This document shows positions 1-10,907 of a DNA stretch of 64,000 nucleotides, one piece after another; the stretch's first letter is position 1; each line of letters begins with the position of its first letter. The position numbers and the translations under genes are program-made. Source of the stretch: an uncultured Planctomycetota bacterium (GTDB taxonomy: Bacteria > Planctomycetota > Planctomycetia > Isosphaerales > Isosphaeraceae). The notes below the pieces were generated by a model. That model was not told the DNA's origin. It worked only from the letters and a program-made list of their open reading frames with translations, and ran no database searches. The stretch covers positions 7,456,001-7,520,000 of the forward strand of contig CAVTTN010000002.1 in assembly GCA_963737655.1 (NCBI GenBank). Reading direction: 5' to 3'.

Positions 1-447
1 CGCGAGACGGTGGAAGCGGCGATCCGGTTCGCGGCGACGGTCTGCCTGGAAACCTGCCGCCACACCGGCCGGAGGCTCCTCCTGGGCTGGACCGGCCCGA
101 CGCCCGAGGTCCGCCAGGGGCCGGCGTCGGTCAAGCTCCTCCACGAGCTCCTGGAGGGGCTGGCGGTGCTCCGGCCGTCGCCCGAGGGGCAGGTCTCCGC
201 CCTCCTGGACGCCCTGCCTCCGGCGATCATGCGCGAGGCCATGATCGTCCTGATCTCGACCCGTCCGGTCAACCTGGCCGAGGAGGCCGAGAAGACCACG
301 AGGCTGGCCGGTGCCTCGGCCCGGGGGCTGATCGGCCGGATCCTCCGGCTCGACGCCTCGAGAGGGGACCTCGACGACCTGATCGCCTTCGACGGCCGAC
401 CGGCCGGCGAGTACGCCCAGCCCCCGGTTGCGGAGGCCCGCCCATGA
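1..447 (+). CDS. DUF58 domain protein, C-terminal part (5' end outside window)
   Basis: EAAIRFAATVC...LLEGLAVL...VLISTRP resembles the DUF58 vWA-like C-terminus; ATGA overlap with the transglutaminase gene (usual MoxR-DUF58-TgpA order). Confidence 0.7.
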   Translation, partial: RETVEAAIRFAATVCLETCRHTGRRLLLGWTGPTPEVRQGPASVKLLHELLEGLAVLRPSPEGQVSALLDALPPAIMREAMIVLISTRPVNLAEEAEKTTRLAGASARGLIGRILRLDASRGDLDDLIAFDGRPAGEYAQPPVAEARP

Positions 448-2742
448 GGTTCGAACGCCTGTATCGGGCCAGCATGTATTTCATGCTCTTCCAGGCCACG
501 CTCCTGCTGAGCCTGGACATCGCCCGGGACAACCGCCTGGCGATGCTCTACCCCGTGGCCGTCGCCGTGGGCGGGGTCGTGGCCTTCCTGTCGGTCGATC
601 GCTCCCGGGGGTTCGCCCTGCCTCGCGACCTGGCGAACTTCCTGGGGATCGTCTCGTTCGGCGTCGCCCTGATCGAATACTCGCGGGACACCGCCTATCA
701 GCTCCTGGCGCTGGGCCACTTCCTGGTCTATCTTCAGCTCATCAAGTATTTCCTGCAGAAGACCGTGGAGGACGACTGGTATCTGTTCCTGCTCGGGCTG
801 GTGGAGGTGGTCATCGGCGTGTACATGAGCCAGAGCGACGAGGTGGGGATGCTCCTGGTCTCGTGGACGGTCACGACCCTGTGGACGTTCGGGCTGTTCC
901 ACCTGAGGAGGGAGGCGCTCCGCGAGGCGACCTCGCCCGGGGCGATCATCTCGCCGGCCCCCTCGGCCGAGGAGCCGTATCCCGGTCTGTTCCGGCCGTC
1001 GTTCATCCTGGCCACCCTGGCGATGGCGGCCCTGACGATGGTCCTCGGCGGCATCATCTTCCTTCTGATGCCCCGGTGGCAGTCGCGGGCGGGCCTGAGG
1101 CCCGGGATCGCCCCGGCGACCCGGCACCTGACCGGCTTCAGCGACCGCGTGAGCCTCGGCCAGATGGGCGAGATCCTCGAGAGCGACAACATCGTCATGA
1201 CGATCGAGCCTCCGGGACGAGGAGGACAAGCCGGCCGCCCCGCCCGAGGAGCTCCTCTGGCGAGGCGTGACGATGGTCCACTACGACCCGGGGAGGAAGA
1301 CCTGGAACCGCGCCCGCCTCCAGGCCATGCTCGGCACCGACCTCCGGCCCGAGATCCCGGCCGGGACCCGGGAGTATCGCCAGAGGATCAAGCTCGAACC
1401 CAGCGACAGCGACGCCCTGTTCGCCCTGGCGCCGATCCTCCGGGTCGGTTCGAAGTCCATCGGCGACATCGGCATGAACCGCTTCGACGGCACCCTGTTC
1501 CGCCGCGACCTCCGCGGCGAGTTCCGCGGCGAGTTCGGCGACCCGGGGGGCAGCCGGCCCGGCGCGTTCGATTACGTCGTCCGCTCGGCCGTCCAGCCCG
1601 ATCAGACCCAGTTCGGCGAGGCCCCGCCCGAATCCGACCAGATCGAAGGGCTCCTGACCGTCCCCGAGGGGATCGAGGGGCCGCTCCACCGGATCGTCGA
1701 TCCGATCATCGCCTCGGCGGAGGGCTCCGATCGCGAGCCCGACCTGGCCAGGGCCCGGGCCCTGGAGCACTTCCTCCGGGACGGCGACTTCACCTACACC
1801 CTCAAGATCAACATCGTCGATCCGACGATCGACCCGGTCCTCGACTTCGTCCAGAATCGCCGGGAGGGGCACTGCGTCTACTTCGCCAGCGCCCTGACGC
1901 TGATGTGCCGGACGGCCGGCATCAAGGCCCGGATGGTCAACGGCTTCAAGGGCGGGGACTGGAACGACCTGGCCAACGTCCTGGTCGTCCGGGAGAAGCA
2001 CGCGCATAGCTGGGTCGAGGTCTACCTCGGCAAGGACGCCAAGGGCCGCCCTCGCTGGCAGACCCTGGACCCCACCCCCGCCCGGCAGCGAGACGACGCC
2101 GTGGCGAAGGTCGCCGGAGGAGGCCCCCGCTTCCGGTCCCTCTGGGACTCGATCCGGGCCCGATGGGCCTTCGACGTCATCGGCTTCGACCGCGACCGTC
2201 AGGAGAGGAACATTTACGGCCCGCTCCGCCAGCTCGGCCAGTACGCGATGGAGGGCTTCAAGATCATCGGCGGGATGCTCCGCCAGGCCCTCTCGTTCTT
2301 CTACTTCGAGGACTACACCAACTTCTTCAGCCTGAGAGGGTCGCTCGTCCTGATCCTGGCGATGATGGCGGTCGTCGGGGCGATCCGGGGGCTGATGTGG
2401 CTGATCGCCCGGGCCCGAGGACGGTCGGGCAAGGGGCGGAGGCTCGCCGGCTCGCTCGATCCGGGCGTGGCGTTCTATCTCCGGATGGTCCACGCCCTGG
2501 CCGGCTACGGCCTGGAGCGCCCGGAGGCCGAGACCCCCCGCGAATTCGCCCGGAGGGCCTCGCTCTTCCTGGCCGACCGCGACCGGGCGCCCGGAGGGCT
2601 CGACGCCGTCCCCCCTCGGGTCGTCGATGCCTTCTACGCCCACCGATTCGGCCGGCGGGACATCCACCCGGACGCCCTTCGCGACCTGGAGGCCGGCCTC
2701 GACGCCCTGGAGGCCGGCCTGGGCCGGGCTTCGACCGCCTGA
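444..2742 (+). CDS. TgpA-family transglutaminase-like membrane protein (DUF3488 + TGase + DUF4129); frameshift near 1209
   Basis: Multi-TM N-terminus, GFSDRVSLG motif, triad GHCVYF/HAHSWVEVY/LDPTP, C-terminal ETPREFA. ORFs 444 and 1267 join if one C near 1209 is removed. Confidence 0.85.
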
Positions 2743-3453
2743 TCACGCCGCGGTCCGCCGGGCCTGGCGATCGGCGACGTCCCCCGGGGGCGCCTCGGAT
2801 CGAGGTTCGACGACCGGCAGATGCCGGAGCACGAAGAGGTAATGCGTCGCCGCCCCCGCGATCACCAGGACGTGGAAGATCTCGTGGGGGCCGATCACGT
2901 TCGCCCAGAGCGAGGGCCAGTGGGTCACGTGGAAGATCGCGCCCACGCTGTACAGCACGCCTCCGGCCGGAAGGGGGCGGAGGCTCCGCCGGTTCATCCT
3001 GGAGGCCATCCCCAGGTAGCACAGGGCGCCTTCCCAGCCCATCGCCAGGTACATCGAGGTGGCCACCGGCGCCGGCAGGGGGCCGAGCGTGGTGATCAGG
3101 CACAGCCAGACCGCCGCGCCCAGCCACGCCAGCGTCAAGGCGATCGCCCCGGCGCGGACCGGCATCAGGTGCCGGGCGATCGGCGTATACGTCCCGGCGA
3201 TCAGCAGGAAGATCGCGATGTGATCGAGTCGGATCAACGCCAGGGACGGCTCGCCCATCGCGGCCGTCGCGTGGCAGGCGGCACTCGCGGCGAAGCACGA
3301 GGCCAGGCCGAACCCATAGACCGCCGCGCTCAGGCGACGGGCGGGATCGGGCCCGCACCGCCTCCAGAGATAGGCCGCCGCGGGGATCGACGCGAGGAAG
3401 GCCAGCCCGTGAGAGCCGGCCGACACATATTCGCGGAGGTCGGGGACGCCCAT
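2743..3453 (-). CDS. Hemolysin III (PAQR) family membrane protein
   Basis: SAACH, RLDHIAIFLLIAGTYTP, YLAMGW, GGVLYSVGA, HEIFHVLV. Confidence 0.9.
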   Translation of the reverse strand: MGVPDLREYVSAGSHGLAFLASIPAAAYLWRRCGPDPARRLSAAVYGFGLASCFAASAACHATAAMGEPSLALIRLDHIAIFLLIAGTYTPIARHLMPVRAGAIALTLAWLGAAVWLCLITTLGPLPAPVATSMYLAMGWEGALCYLGMASRMNRRSLRPLPAGGVLYSVGAIFHVTHWPSLWANVIGPHEIFHVLVIAGAATHYLFVLRHLPVVEPRSEAPPGDVADRQARRTAA

Positions 3454-3853
3454 GAGGACCCACCGTCCATCCGGGGAAGTTGAAGCGCGATCGCCCACGT
3501 CCTCGCCCGCGACGACGGGCGCGGCCGATGATCTCGCACATCCCCTTTACCAAACTCGGCAGGGCCCACGGCGGGCCTTGAGGCGATCGGGGCGGGGGAC
3601 GCAGCCCGGATAATCTTCTTACGAGCAAATCACGGGTCCGGGTCGCCGAATCATGGCTCCAATGGGGAATTGGGGGAGGGAAATTGGTGCCAGATCAATT
3701 TTATCGGACGAAAATCGATCGGAGACCCGTCCTCCCGGCTCCGCTCCCCCAATTCGCCCCGGCGGGTCGTCGCCCAAATCGGGGCGGTCGGCTAGGATGG
3801 GTCGATCGGATTGGCTCGGCTTCGGCCCGAAACCCTGGAGGCGAGGTTCCGTC

Positions 3854-5805
3854 ATGATTCGCATCCTCCCCATCGTCCTGGTCCTGACCCTGGCCGCCTG
3901 GCCGGGGGCGTCCCGAAGTCTCGCCGCCGACGGAGTGCTCGACGAGGCCAAGATGTTCACCCCGGGCGCCGTGGACTCGGCCAACGAGGCCCTGGCCGCC
4001 ATCGGTCGGGCCTCGGGATGGACCGTCACCATCCGCACGGTCGATTCGGTCCCCGGCGGCGACGTCGCGGCGTTCGCCTTGAGTCAGGCCCGCGCCGCGA
4101 ACATCCGCGGCCTGTATCTGGTCATCTCGAAGGCCGACCACAAGTTCTTCGCCCAACCCTCGCCCCGCGCGAAGTTCGCCTTCAACGCCGAGGCGATCGG
4201 CCGGATCAAGGCGGTCCTCGACCCGGCCTTCCGCGCCAAGGACTACGACAAGGGCCTGGCCGCCGCGATCGAGGAAATCCGCCAGATCGCCGTGTCCTCC
4301 AGGGCCCCGACCAACCGGGTGGGCGTGACGGACAAGGTCGGCATGTTCTCCCCCGAGGCGATCGTGGCCGCCGACGAGGAACTCCTGAGCCTCAACCATG
4401 ATACGAGCTGGCAAGTGGTCGTGGAGACCGTCGGCTCCCTCGGAGGCCGGACCGCCCTGGAACTCGCCGAGGCCGAGGCGCAGGCGGCCGGAATTCAGGG
4501 CGTCTTCGTCCTGATCGCCCGGGACGACCGGAAGCTCGCCATCCTCCCGATCGGCCCGGCCCAGCAGGTCTTCACCAAGGAAAAAGTCGCCGACCTGGTC
4601 GAGACCCTGTCCGCCGACCTCAAGGCCGGCAAGGCGGATCAGGGGTTGAAGGACGTCTCGGCCGGCCTTCGGAAGATCGGGGCCCCCAACGGAAACAAAC
4701 CGAGCACGGCCCTGGGCGAGGCCCCGAAAGCCAAGTCCAAGGCCGAAGGCCCGATGGCGAAGTCTGAATCCCCGAAGGCCAGGCAGGCCCCGCCGAAGAC
4801 CGAAGACTCTCCGCCGAAGGACGGCCTGACCGTCGGCCCCGGGCCGGCGCAATCCCCCCGCAGAAGGCCCAGACCCCGCCCCCAGCCCCTCCCGCGGCGA
4901 CCGAGTCGGACCAGGAACCCCTGGCGACTAGCTCGTTCGAGAAGAACCTGCCGCTCTATCTCGGGATCGGCGGAGGGGCCCTGATCGTGCTGTTCCTCCT
5001 GAGCCGGGCGTTCCGAAAACCCGCCGCTCCTGCCCAAGCTTCCTATGCCGCCCAGCCTTCCCCCGGACCGGGCTACGCCCCCGGCCCTCCGGCCTCTCCC
5101 CAGGCTTCGGGCTACCCGCCCGCTCCGGTTCGTCCGGCCGGATTCGGGCCTGGCCAACCGGGTTACGGTCAGCCGGGGTACGGACCGCCTCCTCCGGGCT
5201 ACGCCCCGGGCTACAACGCTCCGCCGCCCCCGGCCCAGGGAGGCGGCGCAGGCGGATTCGTCAGCGGGGCCCTCGGAGGACTCGGCGGGGCGATCGCCGG
5301 GAACTACATCTACGATCGCATGACCCACCGCCACGAGGACCAAGCGGGCCCCTCGCATTCCGCGCCATCTCACGGCAGCTATCCCGCCGACACCGGCGGT
5401 CCTCCTCCGCACTCAGACCCCTCGGCGTCCAGCGGCGCCCAGGACGCAAGCCGGGGAGTCGGCGGAAGTTGGGGCGAACCCGAGACACCGGCAGGCGGCG
5501 GAAGCTGGGGCGAGCCGCAGCCGGCCGATTCGCCCGGGGCCGAGGCGAGCTGGGGCGAACCCGAGGCACCGGCGAACGAATGGGTCGGAAATGACGCTCC
5601 CACAGGAGGGGGAAGCGACTGGAGCGACCCCCCCGCACCCGCCGAATCCACCGCCGAACCCGAATGGGGAACTCCGGAACCCCAGGCAGACACCGGAGGA
5701 GGGGCCGACTGGGGGAGCCCCGAACCCACCGACACCGGAGGAGGAGGCGAATGGGGAGGAGACGCCCAACCCGACTCCAACGACGGCCAGGAAGGGGGAT
5801 GGTGA
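3854..5805 (+). CDS. Double TPM-domain protein with signal peptide, TM helix and long low-complexity tail; frameshift near 4835-4860
   Basis: Two repeats of (V)xDxxxMF(T/S)P...V(T/V)xTV.S...G(L/V)(Y/F)(L/V)(V/L)I; TM LYLGIGGGALIVLFLL in the second frame; PGY and WG repeats. Confidence 0.75.
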
Positions 5806-5852
5806 TCTCGATCCCGGGTCCGCAGTCAACCGACCGCGGACCGCGAAACCCT

Positions 5853-5880
5853 GCGTTCCCACGCCCCCGCGTGGGAACGC
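5853..5880. repeat. Single REP-like palindrome, family C
   Basis: gcgttcccacgcccccgcgtgggaacgc; similar to 19137-19163. Confidence 0.7.
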
Positions 5881-6058
5881 CGCCCTGAACCCCCTCGGCG
5901 ACTGCGAACCCGGGCTCCTCGCGAGCCGCCGATCGCGGATCGCCGAATGCGGACCGCCGACCGCTGACCGCAGCCCCCCCGTTTGGTATCGTCTGCACTT
6001 GCCCGAACTCACCCAATCCGATCCAGACCGACCCGCCGGAGCGAGTCCGAGGCCCTTC

Positions 6059-7216
6059 ATGCGCGTGACGCTCGTCACCGAGACGTATTTTCCCCAGGTT
6101 AATGGCGTATCCCGGACCCTCGGCCAGCTCGTCCGCGTGCTCAAGGAGTCGGGGGACATCGTCCAGCTCGTCCACCCGAACTATGGCGAGCCGGCCGACG
6201 CCCAGCATGCCAAGCTCGTCCGGTCGGTCAGCCTGCCGTTCTATCGCGAGCTGGTCCTGCCCCTGCCTCCGTTCGGAGGGGTCCGCCGGGCGATCGACGA
6301 GTTCGCGCCCGACATCGTCCACATCGCCACCGAGGCCACCCTGGGCCTCAGCGCTCTCCGGCACGTGATCCGTCGCAAGCTCCCCGTGGTTTCGAGCTTC
6401 CACACCAATTTCGACCAGTACACGGCCCACTACCGCGTCGGCTGGGCCCGGGGGACGATCTGGCGGTATCTCCGCTGGTTTCACAACCGGACGATCGAGA
6501 CCTATGTCCCGTCGCGGACGACGATTGCGGAGCTGGAAGCCCGAGGGCTGAAGCGGCTGGTGCTCTGGCCCCGAGGCGTCGATGGCCGGACGTTCCGGCC
6601 CGATCGGCCCGGTCGGCAGGTCGTCCGGGAGGCGCTGGGGTTCACGCCCGACGACGTCGTGATCGGCCATGTAAGCCGGATCGCGGCCGAGAAGAACGTG
6701 GGGTACCTGGCCGAGGCGCTGGAAATCGTCGCCCGGGACCGCCCCGAGGCGCGAATCCTGGTCGTCGGCGACGGCCCCGCCCGCCCCGGCCTGGAAAAGA
6801 GGCTGGGGCCGCTCGCCCGGTTCGTGGGCTACAAGTCCGGCGACGAGCTGGCCGACCATTACGCCGCCGCCGACGTCTTCGCCTTCGCCAGCCTGACCGA
6901 AACCTTTGGGAACGTGATCCTTGAGGCGATGTCCAGCGGCCTGCCGGTCGTCGCCGTGAAGGCCGGAGGGCCCGGCGACACCGTGAGATCGGGCGAGACG
7001 GGCCTCCTCGTCCAGCCGAACGAGCCGCCCTCCGCGTTCGCCGACGCGCTCAAGACCCTCGTGGACGACGCCCAGCTTCGCAAGGGGATGGCCTACCAGG
7101 CCCGGCTCTACGCCGAAGGCCAGACGTGGGAAGCCATCATGGGCGGACTCCGCGAACGATACTGCCGAATCCTGGGAGAAGCCTCGACGATCTGCGCGAA
7201 TCCAGACCTCAAGTAG
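6059..7216 (+). CDS. GT4 (GT-B fold) glycosyltransferase, MgtA/PimB-like
   Basis: TETYFPQVNGVSRTL, SFHTNFDQY, SRIAAEKN, SLTETFGNVILEAMSSGLPVV. Confidence 0.92.
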   Translation: MRVTLVTETYFPQVNGVSRTLGQLVRVLKESGDIVQLVHPNYGEPADAQHAKLVRSVSLPFYRELVLPLPPFGGVRRAIDEFAPDIVHIATEATLGLSALRHVIRRKLPVVSSFHTNFDQYTAHYRVGWARGTIWRYLRWFHNRTIETYVPSRTTIAELEARGLKRLVLWPRGVDGRTFRPDRPGRQVVREALGFTPDDVVIGHVSRIAAEKNVGYLAEALEIVARDRPEARILVVGDGPARPGLEKRLGPLARFVGYKSGDELADHYAAADVFAFASLTETFGNVILEAMSSGLPVVAVKAGGPGDTVRSGETGLLVQPNEPPSAFADALKTLVDDAQLRKGMAYQARLYAEGQTWEAIMGGLRERYCRILGEASTICANPDLK

Positions 7217-7346
7217 GGTGCATGCAATGCACCAACCACGCGGCGGCCGAAGGCCGCCTTCAAACGATCGACCTCCAAGAAGATTGGAGGCGATTTGGTG
7301 GGCGGCCGTCAGCCGCCGCATGGTTGGTGCATTGCATGCACCCTAC
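7213..7346. repeat. REPIN: inverted doublet of GTAG REP family A
   Basis: GTAGGGTGCATGCAATGCACCAACCA...TGGTTGGTGCATTGCATGCACCCTAC, ~38-bp imperfect arms. Confidence 0.9.
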
Positions 7347-9022
7347 GCAGTCGGCAGATCGTCCGCGTCGCCGAGCCCGAAGCGTTCGATCCCCAGTTCT
7401 CGGAGGACGTGCTTGCGGATCTTCCCGGTGACCGTCCGGGGCAAGGCGTCCATCACCTCGACGTATTTCGGCACCTTGAAGTGGGAAATCTGCCCCCGGC
7501 AGAACCCCTGGATGTCCTCGCCGCTCAGGATTTCGCCCGATTTGGCCACGACCCAGGCCGAGACGACCTCGCCGTAAACCTTGTCCGGCAGGCCCACCAC
7601 CGCGACCTCGGCCACCTTCGGATGATGGCAGAGGTACTCCTCGATCTCCGGCGGATAGATGTTCTCGCCGCCCCGGATGATTAACTCCTTGCTCCGCCCC
7701 ACGATCCGATAATTGCCGTCGAGCCGCCTGCGGGCCAGGTCGCCGGTCGCGAGCCATCCATCGGCCGTCACGGCGCGGGCGGTGGCCTCGGGGTTCTTGT
7801 AGTAACCGGCCATCACGCCATGCCCCCTCACGTGGAGCTCGCCCGGCTCCCCCTCGGGCACCGGCTCCCCGGTGGTGGGGTGGACCAGGCGGACCTCCGC
7901 GCCGGGGATCGGAGAGCCGACCGTCCCGACGCGGACCTCGATCGGGTCGTCGGCCCAGGTCTGAGTGATGATCGGCGAGGCTTCCGTAAGTCCATACCCA
8001 ATCGTGATTTCCCTCGCGCCCATCCGCTCCACAACGTCCTTCATCAAGGGCAACGGGCAGGGGCTCCCGGCCATGATCCCGGTGCGGAGGCTGGAGAGGT
8101 CATGCGACGGGAACTCGGGGCAATCCAGTTGCGAGACGAACATCGTCGGCACCCCATAGATCGACGTGCACCGCTCCGAGGCGATCGCCGCCAGGGTGGC
8201 CTTCGCGTCGAACGTCGGCGCGGGGACGACCAGCGCCGAGCCATAAATGGCACAAACCGTGGTCCCCAGGACGCAGCCGAAGCAGTGGTAGAACGGCACC
8301 GGTACGCAAACCCGGTCCTCCTCGGTATATCGGACTCGTTGGCCGATGTAGAACGCATTCATGAGGATGTTGTGATGAGTCAACATCGCCCCCTTGGGCA
8401 GGCCGGTCGTCCCCGAGGTGAACTGGATGTTGAACACGTCGCCCGCCCTCACGCTCGCCTCGCGGTCCCGGTAGGAGGCGGCCGGCTCGACCCCTTCCAG
8501 GTCGCTCCACGAGATCCACCCCGGGCCCGGCTTCGGACCGATGGCGATCAGGCGTCTCAACAGGGGCAATCGCTCGCTCCGCCAGTGCCCGGCCATCGTC
8601 CCGACGACCTCCGGCGCGATCGTCTGGACCATCCCCACGAAGTCCGACGTCTTGAACGGCAGGCCCACAACCAGCGTCGCCACATCGGCTTGCTTCAACG
8701 ACTCCTCCAGCTCATGGAGCCGGTAGGCCGGGTTCACATTGACGAGGACGGCGCCGCTCCGGGCCGCCGCGAACTGGGTGACGACCCATTCCGGCGCGTT
8801 CATCGACCAGATCCCGACGTGCTCGCCCGGCTCCACCCCCATCTCCACCAGCGCCGAGGCCGCGCGATCGACCCTCCGGTCAAGCTCGGCCCAGGACCAC
8901 CGCAGGCCGAGGGCGGGAAAGACGACGGCGGGGTGATCTGGGTAATTTCGGGCGGTCTGGCGGAGCACCTCGCCCACGGTCCGGCCCGCGACCCACGGCG
9001 ATTGGTCGTCTTGACGAGTCAT
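7343..9022 (-). CDS. AMP-binding acyl-CoA synthetase (ACSF2/YngI-like)
   Basis: QFTSGTTGLPKGA, YGLTEAS, TGDL, GRSKELIIRGGENIYP, TVTGKIRK. Confidence 0.92.
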   Translation of the reverse strand: MTRQDDQSPWVAGRTVGEVLRQTARNYPDHPAVVFPALGLRWSWAELDRRVDRAASALVEMGVEPGEHVGIWSMNAPEWVVTQFAAARSGAVLVNVNPAYRLHELEESLKQADVATLVVGLPFKTSDFVGMVQTIAPEVVGTMAGHWRSERLPLLRRLIAIGPKPGPGWISWSDLEGVEPAASYRDREASVRAGDVFNIQFTSGTTGLPKGAMLTHHNILMNAFYIGQRVRYTEEDRVCVPVPFYHCFGCVLGTTVCAIYGSALVVPAPTFDAKATLAAIASERCTSIYGVPTMFVSQLDCPEFPSHDLSSLRTGIMAGSPCPLPLMKDVVERMGAREITIGYGLTEASPIITQTWADDPIEVRVGTVGSPIPGAEVRLVHPTTGEPVPEGEPGELHVRGHGVMAGYYKNPEATARAVTADGWLATGDLARRRLDGNYRIVGRSKELIIRGGENIYPPEIEEYLCHHPKVAEVAVVGLPDKVYGEVVSAWVVAKSGEILSGEDIQGFCRGQISHFKVPKYVEVMDALPRTVTGKIRKHVLRELGIERFGLGDADDLPTA

Positions 9023-9134
9023 GGCGTTCGCTCCGGGAGAGCAGGGGAGTCGATCGGCCGATTCTTCGATTGCGGAAGGGGTTCGGACATGATCCACTGA
9101 AACCTCACGCCCGGATGGACCGAGGACGCTCGCC

Positions 9135-9718
9135 ATGCCCACGCCCCTCGACGTGCTCGTCTTCTATGGATCGGTCCGCACCGCCCGCCGGGGCATCGGC
9201 GCGGCCCGATTCGTCGCCAACTGCCTGAGCGACCGGGGCCACCGATCGACGTTGATCGATCCGAAAGAGGTCGGCCTCCCCCTGATCGACCGGATGTTCA
9301 AGGAATATCCCCCGGGCGAGGCGCCGAGGCTTTGGAGCGGCTCGCGACGCAAATTCGCTCGGCCGATGCCTTTGTGGTGGTCTCGGGCGAGTACAACCAC
9401 AGCATCCCTCCGGCCCTCTCGAACCTGATGGACCACTTCCTGGAAGAATACTTCTGGAGGCCGTCGGCGATCGTCTGCTACTCGGCCGGGCCCTTTGGAG
9501 GGGTCCGCGCCGCCATGCAACTGCGGGCGTTCCTGGGGGAGATCGGGGCGCCGAGCATCCCGTCGATTTATGCGATCCCCGGGGTCCAGGACGCCTTCGC
9601 GGAGGACGGCTCGGCGAAGGACGAGGCCCACCCTCGACGGATCGGCCGGTTCCTGGACGAGCTGGAATGGTTCGCCGAGGCCCTGAAGGCCCGCCGCACC
9701 GCTGGAGTGCCTTATTAA
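9135..9718 (+). CDS. NADPH-dependent FMN reductase; frameshift near 9330
   Basis: YGSVRTAR...; ADAFVVVSGEYNHSIPPALSNLMD; YSAGPFGGVRA. Confidence 0.85.
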
Positions 9719-9771
9719 GCGTCGATGGCGGCCTGGAGGGCGCATCGTCGGCCTCCTCTCGTTCGGCCCGG

Positions 9772-10560
9772 TCAGGGCCTCTGGGACCAGGAAGGCGGCC
9801 GTTTTTCGAGGAAGGCTCGCATCCCCTCGGCCGCCTCGTCGCCGACCCTCGTCGCCGCGCTGATCGCCGCGGCCCCCCGGAGATCCCGGGGTCGGCTCGT
9901 GGCCTCGTCGATCAGCCGTTTGGTGGATTGGATGGCCCGGGGAGCACATTCGATCAGGGACGCGGCCAGCGCCTCGGCCTCCGGCCGGCAGGACTCGGCC
10001 GGGACGACGCGATTGACCAAACCCCAACGCTCGGCCTCGGTTGCGTCGATGCTCCGGCCAGAGACGAGCAGGTCTCGGGCCCGGCGGTCGCCGACCTGGC
10101 GGATCAGGTCGTGGAGGACGATCGCGGCGACCAGGCCGCGTCGGACCTCGGGGAAGCCGATCCGTGCCCCTTCGGCCATCACCACGAAGTCGCAAGCCAG
10201 GGCCAGGCCGGCACCTCCGGCCAGGGCGTCGCCATGGACGGCCGCGATCGTCGGGCCGGGGAAGGTGTGGAGCGCGTCGATCAAGTCGGCGATCCCCAGG
10301 GTGTCGGCGACGGCCCGCCGTTCCTCCTCCGCCGAGTCCCCCAGGACCGCCGCCTCCTTCAAATCCATCCCCGAGCAGAACGCCCGGCCCTCCGCCGCCA
10401 GGACCAGGCCCCGGACCTTGGGATCGGCGGCCAGGGCATCGACCGTATCTCCCAGAGAGGCCACGAGTTCCCGCGAAAGTGCGTTCCGCTTCTCGGGCCG
10501 GTTCAAGGTCAGAACCGCCACGGGGCCGCGATCGCTGCGGAGGACCAGAGGGCCGCTCAT
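9772..10560 (-). CDS. Enoyl-CoA hydratase/isomerase (methylglutaconyl-CoA hydratase-like)
   Basis: LNRPEKRNAL, FCSGMDL, ALAGGAGLALACD, FPEVRRG, EGMRAFLEKRPP. Confidence 0.9.
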   Translation of the reverse strand: MSGPLVLRSDRGPVAVLTLNRPEKRNALSRELVASLGDTVDALAADPKVRGLVLAAEGRAFCSGMDLKEAAVLGDSAEEERRAVADTLGIADLIDALHTFPGPTIAAVHGDALAGGAGLALACDFVVMAEGARIGFPEVRRGLVAAIVLHDLIRQVGDRRARDLLVSGRSIDATEAERWGLVNRVVPAESCRPEAEALAASLIECAPRAIQSTKRLIDEATSRPRDLRGAAAISAATRVGDEAAEGMRAFLEKRPPSWSQRP

Positions 10561-10907
10561 GACGCCGGACTCCCTTCCGATTCCGGGCAAGGCACGAGCA
10601 TTTCGAGCAAGACCGTGCCCAGGGCCTTCCCCTGAGTGTCCAGCCGAAGCGACCGACTCGCGCCGCCGCCCAGGGCATCTTCGATCACGAAATTGTACGC
10701 GAGGATGTTGGGCAGCTCATGGCGGACCACGGCGCCGATCCCCATCGGGGCCAGGAACTCCGCGACGGCCTGGGCGGTGAGAGTCCGGCCGAGATGGGCG
10801 AAAATCGCCGGGTCGTCGGCCACCACGCCAATGTTGGCACGATTCCCCTTGTCGCCGGATCGGGCGTGGGCCAGGTCTCCCAGCCTCACAAGTCCTTGCG
10901 GAGTCAT
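10557..10907 (-). CDS. AtuA-related small protein (AtuA C-terminal-like domain)
   Basis: AHARSGDKGNRANIGV...LGGGASRSLRLDTQGK; ATGA overlaps on both sides. Confidence 0.85.
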   Translation of the reverse strand: MTPQGLVRLGDLAHARSGDKGNRANIGVVADDPAIFAHLGRTLTAQAVAEFLAPMGIGAVVRHELPNILAYNFVIEDALGGGASRSLRLDTQGKALGTVLLEMLVPCPESEGSPAS

